A stretch of 62,431 bases of DNA, filler included, from Diploschistes diacapsis (taxonomy: Eukaryota), in NCBI GenBank assembly GCA_023645945.1. It is 5 parts of 5 records of this genome, joined end to end, with 100 filler letters (N's around TTAATTAATTAA, not from the genome) between each part and the next. Parts side by side here need not be neighbours in the genome. Positions count along the whole stretch, not along the records: positions 50,047 to 62,431 come from JALAIB010000748.1; 4 more parts are not named here. One strand, 5' to 3'. The position numbers were made by a program, and so were the translations under genes. Within the stretch, counting starts at the first letter, position 1. Each line of letters begins with the position of its first letter. Under the pieces are notes generated by a model. It searched no databases, had not been told where the DNA came from, and was given only the letters and a program-made list of their open reading frames with translations. This document shows, piece by piece, positions 50,047 through 62,431 of the stretch.

Positions 50047-53000
50047 CCCACCCTTTGATCCCCCTCCTATATCTCGCGTGAAGGACCTTGGTCACAAATT
50101 TAGCGAACCTCGCCCGCCTCTCCCAGCTCGTACTACTGTACGGTCAACAGCCGCAAACCTTGGTTTCCGAGCGTTGCGAAGCAAGTCCTGAACCCGGCCG
50201 AGTACAGCAACGGGGGTGTCCGTAAGCATCTGCACTTGCCAAGTTCTGGGGGCAGATGATGGGGGATAAGTTTAGCCTCCTTTAGTTTCATCGGCCGTGC
50301 AGAATGCAGAAAAGTCACTGAGACAGATAGCGTGGAGTCAAGGCAGCGTCGGTGCTTGGTCGGAAAGTGCTATTCGAGTAAGTAAGGGGTCCCCCCTCTT
50401 TTGGGGTTGTCAGACGTTGTTGGTCTCGCAAGCTGCACGTCAAATTGAGTTCGGATCTGTCCATGGGTGGTGGTGGCGGTGGTGGTGGTGGTGATGGTGG
50501 TGTGAAGCACAAGTGGATGGATCTTCTGAGCGTAGCCGTTGCGTTTGCATGGACGAGAGCCAATGCTAGAGCTTGCGTAGCCATGACTTGCTGTGGATAG
50601 GATGGAGGTGGTTGGTTTACGAGGTTTGAGGTCTGGTGTCGACCTGAAATGAAAGGAAAGGACGGTAGGTACAAGTTAGTAGATCATCCGCACAGGGTCT
50701 TGTCTCAATGGGGGATCACAACACCACGACACCTTTTACTTCTACCCCACTAAGCCCTTTTCACTTTGCTGTATCTCCGATGTTCGTGATCTGGTACCTA
50801 CTGGATAGATTACAATCGAGGATAGTAGTTCCCCCCTCTCTTCGTGGCGCAGCTAGTCTGCGTACGTATACAGTATCTAGTATAGTATAGTACAGTATAG
50901 CAGCAGGTACGTTGATGCCCCCCAGCCCCAGTAGACTAACAGCAACCTCGATAAGCATGAGAAGATAGCAGTAGGAGATCCTAGTCGATTACTTTTGTAC
51001 AACCCGAAGAAAGCAAGATTTCTGCTCTTGGCGACCAAATAGAATCTGGTCGATCATCGCCGACGTCGCAGTCGCAGATGGTGTGTGCAACGGCTGCAGG
51101 CAGTTCAAGGAAAACCTTTCACCATCCTTCATTCCTCTTGCGATGGTGGAGGATCCCCCCGTACTTCTATGCCAACCACTGTTGCTTCTGCTTCTGCTTC
51201 TGCTTCTGCTTGCAGGGACTGGCTTTCGTTTCCTTTCCGTCGTGTGGTAGCTCAGGGTCCGTTAACTTTTTTGTTTATCCCACTGTTAGTGGCCAACTTC
51301 ATCCGTGATCCTCTGCAGCTCTAGACAAGACAAGAATAGTATAGTTATTGCGAGGCACAGCATGTCAGTCAACCGCAACACAACACAACAAGTAGGTACT
51401 CGATAGTCAGCCCAATTTGCGAGTGGCCCAGCGCCACCCCATCCCGAATCCTGCCCGACCGAAAGGAAACTTTGCTGACCGACCGCGCCGTTGCCGGCGA
51501 GCCATCCCCATCCCCGTCCCCATCCTCCATAGCCTAAAACCCGGTTGAGGGGAACAGCGTCGCAGTGGCTCTCGTTTAACAGCCCGTGTTCCTAAGTCTC
51601 GGCTCCGAGCCTGTTTGTACTTGTCGTACCTGTGGCTGGCTGGCGCGGCTAGGCAGATATTGTGCGACAAGTCTACAAGAGGCAAAGAAATGTAACGATA
51701 CTGGTGACGACTAAGTGTGGGGCTGCTCGTGGTGGCTGCATAACTCGGCCAGTTACGGTGAGCAGCGCTCGTGCCCTTGTCTCATAGCCAGTAGGAGCGG
51801 GGCGCTGCGGTCTGAGATGGAAAGCGCTGGGTCGTCTCATCTTCTTTTTTTTTAGTTGCGGGGAGATATGCTGCGTTACCCGACCATCTAAAACGTGGGA
51901 AGGGGAGGAATTGTATGGCAGCGATGAGAAACCGCTGCGGGATGAGATCAAACTGCAGTTGCCATAGGACCGGGGCGGCCATTGAGTGCTCATTCAGCCT
52001 AACACAGCAATAACGCTGCTGCATCCATCGCGCGCGAGAGGATTGGGTCTCGGCCTTCATGAGCCTGTACCACGGATTCCCAGCAGATGCTGCACAGTCT
52101 ATGCTTTGAAGATGGTCATGGAACTTTCCGTACTTATGCGGTTCCGCAGAAGAAACTCGTTTAAAGCTGCCTCAGAGAGCTTACACCCATTCATTCTCTC
52201 AAGACATTTATAAGTGGGCGAATTGGCGGATCATGGGGCGGGGGGCGGGGGGGCCATTGACCAAACAATCCGCCCCCTTTCCCCATGCTCTCGCTATCGC
52301 TCCGACTTTCGAGACCAACTTTGTAGCATGGTGTAAGGTCCGCGATGGCTGCGTGCGGAAGGAACCGGTAGAAAGCAATTCTTCCGCTTCGGCTTCAGGA
52401 TTGAGAGTGTTTGGTTGGTGGAGAAGGTGAGCGCTGGTCTAGCGGCGAGTTGTGCTCGAAGCGGCTTGGCGGGGATGGATGGTAAGCATGGGCCTTAAAT
52501 TGTACGTTGTAAATTTGTAATTCACAGGTAGGCGGGTAGAGAGTGTGTGCCACTTGTGATCGAGATTTAGTAGCAGACCACCTTCAGCAAGCGAAGTGGC
52601 GAAACAAAAGAATCCTTCTCATTCCAACCTTGCCCAGCATCTTGGATTCCTAACATTCCTAACCACATTGAAAAAAAAAAGTCAGCTTCGGGTTGCAGCC
52701 TTGCAGGCCAATGTCCCGGCAACCCCCCCGCCACGCCATTGACTTTTTGACGTTTTACTGCGAAGTTTGCTGCGATACTGGCGACTGGCTGCAGCTGCAG
52801 CCTGCTCCCTCCGTAGCTTCTCCCAAAAATCTGGCATGGCATCCGAGGCCACTCGAAGGGTAGCCCAAGCCAGCCCGTTCGAGCCTTATCAACACGCGGG
52901 GCCCCCCCTTGAAACAATGCGCTTGTCTGCTCAGTGACACAAGGGCTTGGCTGCATGGCTGCATGGCTGCATGGCTGTTGTTTGGTTCGAACCGTCAGAC

Positions 53001-54999
53001 CACGGCTGCTCGCATATCGGATGCAAGTCAATGGATACCGTATGCAAGTGGTTTGCTTTCGGGCAGCTGCAATGCTTTTTCCTGGACGTACAATATCCTC
53101 CTCCGCCACATATGTGGTTAGCAGACCGAATGTGAGCTGCGACGGACCGCTGCGCCCTCCTCTCCACTCACTCTCTCGTTTCCAAGGCCAGTCAGACGAA
53201 GCGTGCCTTGACTTCGGGCAAATGGGCCGAGATGACGCCTCCCTTCTCCCTCCAATCTCCCCGAATGCTGCGGCCCATGCTGTTCAAAGTCCGGTGCTGG
53301 CCGTCAGAATGGCTGCTGGCTTGCGTGTTGCTTTGTCCCTTGAACCGATATGACCGAACGCGCGTTCGAGGAGATTATTGAAAAACCGCTGGAACATCCC
53401 ATATAAATAGCGTCAGGAGGGGTTTGTCCATGTCCTTGCGTGATTCGAGCGCAGTCCATAGATTGGGGTCGCCTGAAGTTGGGTATGATGAAACACTCTC
53501 AGATAAGAATCTCTAACTTGTCCAAGCAAACTTTAAAGTCAGTCGTAGTGTGAGTACAACGAGGAACAAGGCCAACACAAACCGCCAGGCGTTTTATTCG
53601 TTATTCGAGCCTTGCGTCGTGTTTCACCTTTCCTCATGGGCTCCACGAGCAACACCAAGTGAAGCCGTGTATGTTCTTGTTATCCAGAACGAAAAGCTCG
53701 CCCACACCGACTTCCACACCGCTTAAGACGTATATTTGCTCTTCGGGTTGCTCACAATGCCTATTCGTCCGCTTTGATTACACTCGGAGGGTGCAGCATC
53801 AGCCGTAGCTGATATTTTCCCTTGTCGGTTTTGAGCATTACCTGCCCTAACTTGACCGACCAGCACCAGCGACCGGGGGACGCGACGGCCACCGACGGCC
53901 ACAGTTCACCAGAGCGACTCAGGCTCGAGATAGAAGACTGGCGTAGGAAGGTTTGCGGTCCCTCTGTACACCAGTCCTTCTGGCGCACATGTGAAAAGTC
54001 TGGCCTTCACATTCTAGCCTACCGAACAGCATCGATGCGCAAGCCTTCGAGAGAGCAAGAAGCAGGGAGAGTGAAAGTGCGCATTGTTGCACCATCCTGC
54101 AAGCTCAAGCGGCTGCAAAACACTATTCACGCCATGCCTTTCCTTACGTAGTGGTCAACGACATACACGGCTTCGGGTTCAACTTGGAAGAAATAGGAAC
54201 ACGAGCGTTTCAAGCAAACCAGCCAGAGATGACAAACGGGATCGATGCACTCACGCTGCAGACGCACAACCGTTTACGCCGTGTGTGCAATGAACCGCTA
54301 GTTTCGGTATCCTCTATGGGTATCGGTAACCTTAACGATCACATGCTGCAGCGGTCACCCCTCGATTTAGAAATTGACAAATGTTTTGCGCGTGCTCCTC
54401 CTGGCTTTTCGCAAGATTTCATATACGCATAAATTCCCAAAAGGGAAGCAATTCAGGGTAATCGAGCAGGCATGGGCCTTCAATCACACGCTGCTCGTTC
54501 CAGGGTCTGGATGAGCTGCCGGAGAAGTGTGTACAGAGTACGAGGGTAGACAGCGACCGGTGTAGATATCCGTAATTGCTATTGTATCCGACATACTTGA
54601 GCTGGATCGATGAGAGTTGGTCAGACCGGGCCTTGGTATAGAAACGCAATGGAGGAGAAAAAGCATGGCTGAAGGGTGGATGAGATGCGGTAGGTCAATC
54701 AACCGGATGTCGCAGTGACCGTGAGGGCTGCAGGCTCAATAGCTTTGCTCTTTTTTCGTGCTGATTTTGTGGCTGCTATGATTCAATGAGAGCTTTCAGG
54801 CGAGCTAAAATTGGGACGCGTACACAACAAGTAGGGACACAAGAAGCAGACCTTTCCCATCCAGGTATGTCAGTTGATTGGAAATGACGCTTCGATTGTT
54901 GTCGGAGACAAAGGTAGACAAGGTCTGTGCGGAAAGAAAAGCTCCTCCGCGCTCGAGATAAGCGAGAAGTTAGCTAGTTCTTAGCAGTTGTTGCCGGCA

Positions 55000-55072
55000 A
55001 TGAGTCAATAAGTCGATGAGTCGATGAGTCGATGAGTCAACGAGTCGATGAGTCAACGAGCGATGAGTCAAT
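55000..55072 (+). repeat. 8-bp tandem array (GATGAGTC-like) containing four TGAGTCA motifs
   Basis: TGAGTCA at 55001, 55033, 55049 and 55064, plus TGAGTCG variants. Confidence 0.85.
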
Positions 55073-57398
55073 GACCAATGGCTGCGTGCATGTTGATCTC
55101 AGGAACTATTTTACAAAAATAGGTCACAGTCACGGTGTGTTTGTACAACCGGACAGTGTTCCGGCGGATCTACCCAACAATAACTCCCGAAGAACTGTTG
55201 ATATTTGTCCGTGTGATGAGGTGGGCATTGGTGGCCTGTACCTGTACCTGTACGAACCCATCCCCGTCATTAGTCATTACGAACGAGTAAGTAAGTGACC
55301 ATGTTCTGACTCTCACTTCTGTGCCCTTCCTTACATGGCCCCAATTTGAGATGCACCAGGCGATTCGGACGGAGGCCGACGGGGGTGAGACCCACAACGC
55401 ACTTGTGGCTTATGGCTTATGGCTTACGGCCTAGGATCTCATCGGACACATCTCCTTGAGCATCTCCTTGAGCGGGAATCGGCATCTGAAACACATCTCG
55501 AAAGAGCTGCTAGTGCAGATCTTCCGCCGAAAGTGGGCTTTGCCATTATTGGCAGCTTGAATGAAATGTTTACTTGGTAGGACGACGAAAGGAGGATGCA
55601 ATTAGTTTAGCCTCGATCGTACCTCGGCCGCTGGGGGGGGTAGTTGGGGCACTGGGACTGGGCTTCAAAGCTTTAACCAAAAGCAGGCGATGCTGAACCC
55701 GTATCCTTATCCTCGTCCTCGTCGCTCGTAAGACGTAGCTTGGTCGTAAATGGCACTGCAAGTCCTGCTCGAAGGTCAAAGACCCGTTTTGCCTGCATAG
55801 TTAGTGCCAGTTCGTATGTGGAGAAAGCAGTGGCGGGAGAACAGAGTAATATGGGAAACAAGAAATTATATTGCCGCCGAGTGCGTGTTAGTGCCGGTAG
55901 CAGTAGCAGTTCGTTACACGCAGATGCTGCAGTCTGTGTGTGACAGAGATGAACGGGGGCTCAATAGCACCAGGAGTGGGCAGACTTTGCAGGCAACTGT
56001 CGAAGGAAGACGAGCAGACTGCGGTGATCTGATTTTTCCCGAAATGCCTCCCTCTCATTCAGGCAGCTGGCTGCAGGGTATGGAAATAACAAGGCGAGGA
56101 GGGTGGTGGGTCTTTCGGATGTATATTTATCGATGATGCATGTTGGAAGATATCCCATCCATCCGTTGGTGAAGATCTTGCTGCACGGTAGTTTTGACAG
56201 GCGCCGTGAATATCATCTCTTCATCTAGTGTATTTTTTGACCTTCATGTTGCATCGAGCAAAAGAAAAGAAAAAGCATGCACACACACACGGGTACCAGT
56301 CGGAACCTAACGTAAAGGTCAAAGCTTAGAAACGCTCCCGCAGCACCCGCGGGCCGTACTCTGTCCTTGTTGTCATTGACATTGACGGGCTAGCAAGACC
56401 TTTCTATGCGAGTGTACTCTGTAGTAATCTACTACTACTGTTGCTACAATGGTCTAGTATAGTTTTTCCCTAGTGCTGCCTTGTGGTCATTTACAATAGG
56501 AGCGCGACGATCCTCTCCCGGCCAAAAACTGGTTGGCCATTTGGATACCACTCGGCCTTGTCCGTAGATAGCAGCTGCACGACGAGGATCCATCATCTTG
56601 CCTGCCACTGGCCAAGATTTAGGTTTTCTTTTCCGGCTACTCCATACAACTACTGCGAACAATGCCCATGCTATCATGCAACAACCGTCTCGTTTATTTA
56701 TTAGGACGAGGGTCTGCTGTCGGTTGCCGATACCTGCTTAGCTCCCGGTCGACGATCATCATGCCAGGACGATATGATACAGGAAGGCATTGTACACTGC
56801 ATAAGCAAGATGCGTTCAGGTGGGACTACTGGCGCGTTTCTGAAGAATTATTCTGTCGCTCCACCCATCTTTTGACTACGCTTTCCCTGTTTCAACTTTC
56901 CAACGAGATCTGCAAGCTAACGCCGGGCTAAAGCTTAAGGACGTAGGAGGTATAGCATCGCTGCAATGCTGTGATGGAGAATATTGTCGTGCCTGCAATT
57001 GTAACAACTAATGCTGTACAACGTAAAAGGCGAGTTTAGACCTGTAATAAAATAAGCTACTTCCTTCAAACCTGGGCCGGACCGGGGACAATGGCAAGTC
57101 TGAGACAAGCAAGGCTAAATGTTGAAATTTTCTTCATTCATGGCGCCGAGAAAGCGAAACCGAAGCGCCCGTTGTTGCCTTGCAGTCCAGTCGGGCTTTA
57201 CAACATACGCCCCAAGCCAAGCAAGTACATCAGGTAAGGTAACATACAAACCAGTGTGGGTGGCGCCTTTCACCGAGCGAAACTATCTGACTCTATCACG
57301 ATCCTTCCCGCCTGGCACAATGCCAAACTCGGTCATTACTACGCTGTAAGGATTCAATTGTTGGAGTTGAGGCTGACAATACCGTGACGTCCGTAGGG

Positions 57399-57439
57399 AG
57401 TAGTAGTAATATAGTAGTAGTAATATAGTAGTAGTAATA

Positions 57440-57497
<58 letters not shown>

Positions 57498-57564
57498 CGT
57501 GGTGGTAGTAGTCGTGGTGGTAGTAGTCGTGGTGGTAGTAGTTCGTGGTGGTGGTGGTGGTGGT
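57399..57564 (+). repeat. Compound (TAG)n/(TGG)n microsatellite
   Basis: Long (GTA)n run, GTCGTGGTGGTAGTA units and (GTG)n. Confidence 0.95.
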
Positions 57565-60095
57565 GAAAGCCACACTTCGAGTCCGCAAAAGGCGGAATAC
57601 CCCTCACGGCCGCTAAGATTCTTAAAGACGACGATGGACGTTCGTATTGAGCCCTCAAAGCTCTTGTCGCTTCCGCGTACCAAACAAAGCACATGCTTCA
57701 GTCACCTGGCTCATGGTCTGAAGCTTATGAGGTGAGTGGGAGGGCAAGAGAGCCAGCATGACTGCGATGCTTAACAAACAAAGAGAATTTGACCCTTGAA
57801 AGGAGTTCTTGCGACAGGTGATCTAGTTAAAAAATTTTAACTATTCAAGTGTATACGCTCAGACTGTCTCATACGGGCAGGTCACCCTACTGAGGTCTAG
57901 GCTTTTCACTGATCTTGGATGATTTTGTTTTACCACCTCAATCGGACCTGTTACTCAATAACCATTCCCAGCGCCTGCATTGGTCTCGTAACTTTCGGGC
58001 TTTTCAGACGTCGCAGAGGCGCAAGCCCACAACGGCCGTCTTTAGGTGTCAAGCACAACCCCTGTCTGGGCCTCATCTCCTCTCTTGCACACTGGAGTGG
58101 GAGTCCTCGCTTGGCTTGCATCTAAGCTATGTGCAACTTTCGCGGCTCAAACCAAAGGCTTCAGTTGTGAGGCAGCCGGTTCGACTACTACTGCTATGAA
58201 GCACCTGTGCACTCGCATTACCAATCAAAAGGCAAAACATGCGCGAGCGACGTTTTCTGTACAGTTTACAAACGGGCTATGCGAATCCAGAGGACGCACG
58301 CTGGCGATGGGCCTTTTCGTGGTCCCCGGGGCGTTGGAAATACTTTCCCAGGACTACAGTATTATTATAAATTCTGCATATAGTTTTGAAGCATGCACGG
58401 GGCAATTTGTTAGGGTTGATTTGAAGCGTCAGTAAAAATAAAATATAAGCCCAGGTTCTCCGCCATTTCACTAGTACACTACACTAGGTAGTTATCTAGC
58501 GGCCGCAGTGACGCGCGGGCAAGTTACGAATGATGCTAAACATTGAGCTGCAGCAGCAGCAGCTTTGGGATGTGGGGAAACGGAAAAACAAGTTTCTTGG
58601 ATTTATGCTCGTTACCGCGCTTGCCTAAGGACTTACGTTCTGCTCTTGCTTGCTTTCTTCAATTTACTGTCAGTATGTGTGCTGCTGCCTACTGGATGCC
58701 TACTAACTGCTCCTATTTCCTGCTTCATCACCCGTCTTCTACGGTATCAGTAATCGCCAGCAATCACCAGTAGTCACCGTACTACCAAAATTGTTAGTCG
58801 CTCTGACCTTTACCATACCCTCGGATTCCACGGGGCCTGTTGTCAATGCCAGTCCGACCCTCCCATCAGCCGCATGCCCGCACAAAGCTTCCTGACTCAC
58901 TTTCCGTGTCCCAAACGGCTTTGAGCAGCAGTTCGATAAGCGCTGCTGGCGACCAATAACCGTGCCTGCTTGTCTCTTGCCGGAAGAGGGACGCCCGAGT
59001 ACATTCGTCTACCTCAGTTACGAGGCGAATTCATGTGAGCTGACTGTAACCGTATGTCTCAAATGCCGTACAAGGACTTGGACGATTACAAGTAGAATAC
59101 TCATCATATGCACGCCACGCCACACGGGGCTGGGCTGGGTTGGGTTTCTGATAGAGGGCAATTTTTGTCTGTGACTGTCCAATTCAATTTCTCGCAATGC
59201 CTGCCTGCTCCCAGGGCGTCGGTTGACTGCTGGCTCGTCGAATCTTCCGTTCCTGGTAGGCTCCGGGGCAGTTTAAAGTCATAGTCGTTTGAACAACAAT
59301 GCGTTTCGGTCCCACCCTTGATGACTCTGCCCCCGGGGGGTTGGGTGTCCAGGGTTTTCACTCTCCTAAAAGTCTTTTCCCCCCCCTCCTGCCAAGCCTT
59401 GCTCTCTCCTTTCTCCCCTTTTTTCCTTTTTCCTTTTTCTCGCTTTTTCCTGTCTTTCCCTAGTTCCCCCCTGGTCCCCTACTAGTTGTCCCGAGTGCCA
59501 AGACCAACCAAGCAAAATGCACTTGATACACGCACCCCTCTCTTCCACTATTCACACTCCCCTCCCCCTCTTGGTGCCTGGAGCACTAACAACTTTAACC
59601 TCCAACGCTAGCAATACTGCTAGGTCAAAGTCCCTTTGGCCTTCTGTTCTGCCCTTGTGCATGAGTTAGCAGCAGCAGACTAGACTAGACAATACAATCC
59701 GAGGATAGAAAGATATACAAGACTGCCACTCCCCCCCTCCCCCACTCCTGTCCCGCTTCTTTTTTGCTAACCCTCAGTCGAAAAGCTGTCACCATGCAAC
59801 TACTCGTTGTTTGACTTTCCAAACCACTTCTACAAGACCTTCAAGACATGAAGAAAAGAACATCCACCATCTGAAAGCCTCCTCTCCAGCGTCCGCCTCC
59901 TGCCCACTTGACGCTTAGGCAGACCCCTTCCGTGACTTCGACTTGGTCACCTTCTGATATCCTTCGGGCACATGTTGTTTCTGCCTATTCATTCGACCAT
60001 ATACTTATTTCCCACCTTCTCCCCATCCTGTCCAACCGTCCTCTCCACCGCCCACACGATATCCGCTTGCTTTCACACACGCCGGATTCGAAACC

Positions 60096-60548
60096 ATGGA
60101 AGACTGCTTTCTCGATTACTGCCTTCGTTGCGACAGGCAAACGTCAGGTGAAGCCTACTGCTGTCAGGCATGCCGGTTGGCAGACCTTGAGGCCTCGTCC
60201 AACGGCTCTGAGCCTTCATCACCGGTCGGCAACAAAACCTTTGCTGCTCCAGCACCTACTGCTCGCAGTCCCAACAACTGCTTCTTCCTCCCACCCGCCT
60301 TCGACTTCTCCCCCTACCGCCGTTCTCCGCCTCCTTCGTCCACTTCGTCCAGACCCACCTCGTGGTTCTCAAGAGCCTCCACTCCGCCCGAAGACGTTCC
60401 TGCATCCCCTCGTGTCCTCTCTCCTTCCACCTCGAGGAACTCGCTCAAGGCCGAGGCAATCTCATCACAGGCCAAGACCGAACTCAGGAGCTATACCAAT
60501 TCCTTCGACCAAGTCAGGGACTGGAGAAGGAAGATGACCACGACCTAG
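60096..60548 (+). CDS. Ecl1-family (extender of chronological lifespan) protein
   Basis: N-terminal FLDYCLRCDRQ...AYCCQACRLAD Cys4 motif, an S/P-rich middle with LSPSTSRNSL, and C-terminal ELRSYTNSFDQVR. Confidence 0.82.
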   Translation: MEDCFLDYCLRCDRQTSGEAYCCQACRLADLEASSNGSEPSSPVGNKTFAAPAPTARSPNNCFFLPPAFDFSPYRRSPPPSSTSSRPTSWFSRASTPPEDVPASPRVLSPSTSRNSLKAEAISSQAKTELRSYTNSFDQVRDWRRKMTTT

Positions 60549-61505
60549 ATTCAGGGTCGTGCACATGCGTTTTTCAATTCTCAGCACAAGATGTTAACCC
60601 GAGCGCATGGTAGCAGAGGGCAAATACGGGAAGACACCGCACCAGGGCGAACCTCAGGAAGGGCCACCCTCCGGCGTTTTAACCCGTCACCAAAAACACC
60701 CTCACGACCACCATGCCCATTGTACCAAATTATCTCTCCACTTTGTCACAAGTTACACCTTTTGCATTCTCGAGCATAGCACCCAACCCGGCGGAGGGTT
60801 CTACTGTTGAGCATAGCAATTCCGGGTCTTTCCGAGTTTTATTGCGCGCGGCGGATGATTCTCTGCAACGGAATGGGGGCCCAGGGCAGGAATATGGTGT
60901 TGGCACATGTTTTATTGGAAGGGATAAGAAGATTTTTGTATTTCTTTATGTACCTGGGTACGGAATACCCCTTTTGCACGTGATCTTGGCTGGCGCAGGA
61001 CGGGTTTCTACGAGTGCTGGGAAAGGATATACGAATCGTCACTCGCAGAGGCTACAGAGTTGTGAGCACATGGGGAATGAGCAGATGGTAGGGACATGGC
61101 GGCAACAACGGGAAGGGGGAGCCCAGGCAGGCGGTGCGGAGCTGGGGGGGAGTAAACGCTTCGCATGCCTTCGTGCGGGTGCTTGTTCGCTCCTTTGCTC
61201 GGCACGCAGTCGACACGAGAGACGAATAATCCGGATTTTAGCTGTGACCTAGCATAACAATACATACTAGATGTTTTGCCGCATATTGAAGAAGTCTTAG
61301 TTCCATCGCACCATGCAATACTACATTGGCGAAAAACAAATTGCGGGGGAATATTTTTGAAAGCCACAATTTCCTACAACGGCTACGACACCCAAGACAA
61401 CCAACTTTGCTTTGTTCTCAACACACTACAATTTTGGGCAGAGGTTCCCCCCCCCCCCCCAAAAGAAAAAGAGTCCCGTTCAATAAGCACCCCGTGAATC
61501 ACCCA

Positions 61506-61543
<38 letters not shown>
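61506..61543 (+). repeat. (CAT)n microsatellite
   Basis: About 12 perfect units. Confidence 0.95.
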
Positions 61544-62431
61544 GCAGGCACGGAATGGTGGAACCTCCCTGGATCCGGATCCGAATTTGTGCAAACAATG
61601 GAATGTACCTAGTACTTTTTTCTTTCGTTATCGAGACCTGTCGGCATCACGGCAGTAAGCAAAACAGGAGGAAGCGTACGGTTGGGGGGGGCACGGTCGC
61701 AACGAGAAAAAGCTTTTCCCACGGTTGACGTTGACGACTTCTTGTCCCGAGTTGTGTCATCGGTGGGTGCGTGCAGCTGGACCGGAAACCCTTTTTTCAC
61801 GGAGGGGGTGGGGATGCTATTATTTCGAACACGACATGTCGGATGTTGGTTAGAGAGCTGCGGCATACTGTGTGATTTGTGATCCGGCTCGAGGAGGACG
61901 GCGAGGATGCGCACAGAGCAGTACGGTACGTACGTACATACATGTGTCCGGATGGTCTGTCAAGTTCGCGATCATCGCCGACAGCTGTTGCTTTGTTTGT
62001 CCGTGGTTGGAATAGGGGTAAGGGGTCAAGAGAGATAGATCGTTATACCCCCCCAATCTATGGCCTGCATCTTAACGCCATAGAGAAAGCAACTTCAAAG
62101 TTTATCCGGGCTCCTCCGCTGACTCGGACCTCGGACATTTCACTTCTGCTCTCTGCCGCTCGAAAATCTGCTTTGCCTTCGCTTTTTGCTTTTTGCCTGT
62201 ACGACACCAGCCCTGCACGATCACTCTGTTAGCAATGCAAAACCAACCTGCATGGCCGATCAATAATAATCCCTGCAGCACATCATGACGATCGTCCAGC
62301 CACGGCCACCTTTGCTCACTGCACACTGCACGCTGCACACTGCAACTGCCGGCAAGCCACCACACACCGAGGGCCACCTACTCAAGTCTTCGCTGCAACC
62401 TTTTTTGCTTTGCTCCAACCTTCCCACGCTC

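Noticed and set aside
54990..55075. CRISPR-like array
   Set aside because: The units are 8-bp tandem repeats with no spacers, and the context is eukaryotic.
57283..57735. Poly-Tyr/Thr/Leu/Val ORFs
   Set aside because: They are translations of the trinucleotide microsatellite.

Overview
Eukaryotic DNA from a filamentous ascomycete (Pezizomycotina), shown by short GT-AG introns with CTRAY branch sites and fungal housekeeping genes. The window is not one locus. It is five contigs joined by identical 100-nt spacers (44N-TTAATTAATTAA-44N), and their lengths fall monotonically (12424, 12416, 12414, 12392, 12385 nt), so it is a size-sorted pseudomolecule. Contig 1: choline/amino-acid permease, PIR-repeat wall protein, TRAP-alpha, rhomboid protease, LPE10/MRS2 Mg transporter. 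Contig 2: zinc-finger ORF, HhH-GPD-like protein, a deleted Fot1/pogo transposon, a decayed Copia element, mitoribosomal S6 and GCV3. Contig 3: tRNA-Phe, a 3-exon secreted Cys-rich peptide gene missing from the ORF track, SET-MYND protein, OXNAD1-like reductase, S-formylglutathione hydrolase. Contig 4: LCP5, DOA1, STRAP-like WD40, a conserved hypothetical gene, Yra/ALYREF-like RRM gene. Contig 5: about 10 kb of non-coding DNA and an Ecl1-family gene. The most striking signal is an otherwise intact tRNA-Phe(GAA) gene (26000-26121) split between positions 28 and 29 by a 49-nt insert with spliceosomal intron signals (GTATGT...GACTAAT...CAG). All family assignments come from motif recognition, not database searches.
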